DNA of 64,000 bases, taken from a virus. Location: the IMG/VR virus record IMGVR_UViG_3300046787_000206, positions 1 through 64,000 of that record; one strand, written 5' to 3'. The position numbers were made by a program, and so were the translations under genes. Shown here piece after piece: positions 62,092-64,000 of the stretch (positions within the stretch are counted from its first letter, which is position 1; each line of letters opens with the position of its first letter). A model generated the notes under the pieces. That model saw only the letters and a program-made list of their open reading frames with translations, was not told the DNA's origin and did not search any database.

Positions 62092-62754
62092 ATGGCAATT
62101 AACCGCCCATCAGTCGACGCAGACAACTACATGGTAGAAGACAGCGAAGACATCGCACCAAAGCACGGAACCACCGTTCAGGCTGGTTGGGGTGCAGCAG
62201 CTGCAGCCCTAAAGCCAAAGGAGAAGTCAACCGACTACCCTAACGACTTCCGCATCAGCGAGCAGGCTCAGCTTGTCCGCTTCCTAGAGGCAGAGCCATT
62301 TGCTGTCTACGAACTGCACTGGATTGACGCTATCAAGGAAGGCAAGCGTTCGTTTGTCTGCCTAGGTGACGAGTGCCCACTTTGCACCGTTGCTGGTGAC
62401 AAGCCACGTGCTAAGTTCGCTTTCAACGTTCTAGTCGCTAGCGACGAGAACCCTTCAGTACAGATTCTCACTGCGCCACCTTCATTCGCACGCCAGCTAC
62501 AGGCAGCGAACGAGGACCCACGCCGTGGTCCATTGACCAAGTACTACTGGTCAATTTCTCGCCAGGGTTCAGGCCCACAGACACAGTACACTTTGGACCG
62601 TGTCCGTGCCACTGACTTGGCGGAGGACTGGGAGCTTGACGCTGAGGAGCTAGACGCTGCATCAGAAGGTGCAGCACTTTACGACACCAGTGCCGTCTAC
62701 GTTAGCCCATTCGAAGACGTACTAAAGGTTGCTCGTACTCTAGTTTCTGCATAG
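62092..62754 (+). CDS. gp32-like single-stranded DNA-binding protein
   Basis: LVRFL, HWI..., CLGDECPLC zinc motif, ISRQGSG..TQY. Confidence 0.75.
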   Translation: MAINRPSVDADNYMVEDSEDIAPKHGTTVQAGWGAAAAALKPKEKSTDYPNDFRISEQAQLVRFLEAEPFAVYELHWIDAIKEGKRSFVCLGDECPLCTVAGDKPRAKFAFNVLVASDENPSVQILTAPPSFARQLQAANEDPRRGPLTKYYWSISRQGSGPQTQYTLDRVRATDLAEDWELDAEELDAASEGAALYDTSAVYVSPFEDVLKVARTLVSA

Positions 62755-62766
62755 TCACCACCCACC

Positions 62767-62816
62767 GTATAGGGAGCCAGAGTTTTTCCCCCCTAGTTTT
62801 CTCTGGCTCCCTATAC
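62767..62816 (+). terminator. 16-bp hairpin with six-C loop
   Basis: GTATAGGGAGCCAGAG/CTCTGGCTCCCTATAC, loop TTTTTCCCCCCTAGTTTT. Confidence 0.55.
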
Positions 62817-62835
62817 CCATCTCTTAGGGCATAAA

Positions 62836-64000
62836 TTGAATATCATCACCACCAAACAGCAGCTGGACGAATTTGTCGCTGCATACTCTAAAGTAGACGC
62901 CTTTGCATGGGACGTCGAAACTATTGGCGAAGACCGCCTTTACCCAGTCATTAACGATGTCTGCTGGATTTCTTTTGCGACCGAAGGACGTGTAGACGTC
63001 ATTCCTATGGGCCACCCTAATGGAGACTTTGAGTCCTGGGATAAGCCACTGCTACTAGAGGGCCAGCGCCGTCTAGCAGCGGGCAAAGAACTTACTGACG
63101 CACACTACTCAAAAGCTGAGAGCAAGTGGACCGCTAAGTTCGGTCCTGCACCAGAGCAACTACTTCCTGGAGATGTCTTTGCTGCAATCAAACCAATTAT
63201 GTTTGGCCCTGCACTAAAGATTGCGCACAACGCTAAGTTTGACCTTAAGTCTGTAGCTAAGTACTACAAGGGACAGGTTCCTGCTAAGCCACACTTTGAC
63301 ACTCTTATGGCTGCCTTCATCATCAACAACCAGAACAAGCACGCACTAGGACTAGCCGCCTGTGTGAAGCGTGAGTTGGGAATTGACGTAGAAAAGGGCG
63401 TGGGAGAGAACGTTGCCCTGCACTCTTTCGGAGATGTAGCGAAGTACTCAGGCATCGATGCTGAGGTCACCTGGGAGCTCTACAAGGCCTTAGCGCCAAA
63501 GATTACTGGTAGCCTCACTAAGGTCTGGAAACTCGAAACTGACGTACTTGCAGCCCTCTGCGACATGGAATTGACGGGTGCCTACATTGACCAGGACGCT
63601 CTAGAAATTCTGGCTGAGGAAATCTCTGCGGGTAAAGAAGCAGCGGAAGCTAAGGCATACAAGATTGCTGGAAAAGCTTTTGCTATTAACTCAGTACCAG
63701 CTAAGCAGAAGCTTTTGTTTGGTGTAGAAGACGGTGCGGTCAAGGCTCGTCTAAAGCCAAACCCTAAGTTCAAAAACGTACTCACCCCAAAGGGACTAGA
63801 TGTTTACCGTGCAGGAGAAGACCTCACCGAAGCTCACTTCTCTTGCTCTGCAGACGCTCTAGAGTACTACCGTGGTAAGGATGAGCTAGTAGACGCTCTA
63901 CTAGAGTATGCGGACTTGAACAAGCTGATGACTACCTATGTAACTCCATACACTGGTGGAACCGTGACTCGCACCACGAACGGAAAAATCACACAGACTG
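62836..64000 (+). CDS. polA: Family A DNA polymerase, N-terminal part (runs off window)
   Basis: TTG start; exonuclease motifs WDVET, AHNAKFD, YSGIDA; MELTG..ID. Confidence 0.88.
   Translation, partial: MNIITTKQQLDEFVAAYSKVDAFAWDVETIGEDRLYPVINDVCWISFATEGRVDVIPMGHPNGDFESWDKPLLLEGQRRLAAGKELTDAHYSKAESKWTAKFGPAPEQLLPGDVFAAIKPIMFGPALKIAHNAKFDLKSVAKYYKGQVPAKPHFDTLMAAFIINNQNKHALGLAACVKRELGIDVEKGVGENVALHSFGDVAKYSGIDAEVTWELYKALAPKITGSLTKVWKLETDVLAALCDMELTGAYIDQDALEILAEEISAGKEAAEAKAYKIAGKAFAINSVPAKQKLLFGVEDGAVKARLKPNPKFKNVLTPKGLDVYRAGEDLTEAHFSCSADALEYYRGKDELVDALLEYADLNKLMTTYVTPYTGGTVTRTTNGKITQT

Noticed and set aside
1-64000. Stop-codon reassignment or integrated prophage context
   Set aside because: TAA, TAG and TGA all end genes at coupled junctions; no suppressor tRNA, integrase, att site or host genes visible

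Overview
64 kb of a lytic-looking, contractile-tailed (myovirus-type) phage genome, about 50% GC by eye, almost entirely on the + strand. Gene order and content resemble large actinobacterial myophages. Leaderless genes, a PASTA protein, an actinobacterial-style tmRNA motif and heavy CTA-Leu usage suggest a low-GC (freshwater-type) actinobacterial host; this is inference. Layout: (1) 1-1.4 kb accessory genes, including an Arr-like ADP-ribosyltransferase and a GNAT; (2) 1.43-3.1 kb dense ncRNA island with six tRNAs, an 80-nt tmRNA reduced to its tRNA-like domain, a degenerate tRNA-like element, C-rich-loop hairpins, a pseudoknot and hairpins in every spacer; (3) NlpC/P60, lysis/membrane cassette with a lectin-tipped Pro/Thr stalk protein; (4) terminase, portal, scaffold, major capsid; (5) about 14 kb array of modular Gly-rich, lectin and Cys-rich fibre-like genes; (6) a run of tiny Lys-rich proteins; (7) sheath, tube, chaperone with a predicted +1 frameshift, tape measure, baseplate; (8) replication module (initiator with internal iterons, DnaC-like loader, DnaB, primase, SNF2 helicase, SSB, family A polymerase truncated by the window end). 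The strongest candidate for an undescribed system is the ncRNA island (mini-tmRNA, anti-SD/6C-like hairpins, structured spacer RNAs). All calls come from motif reading and manual base-pairing; no searches were run.
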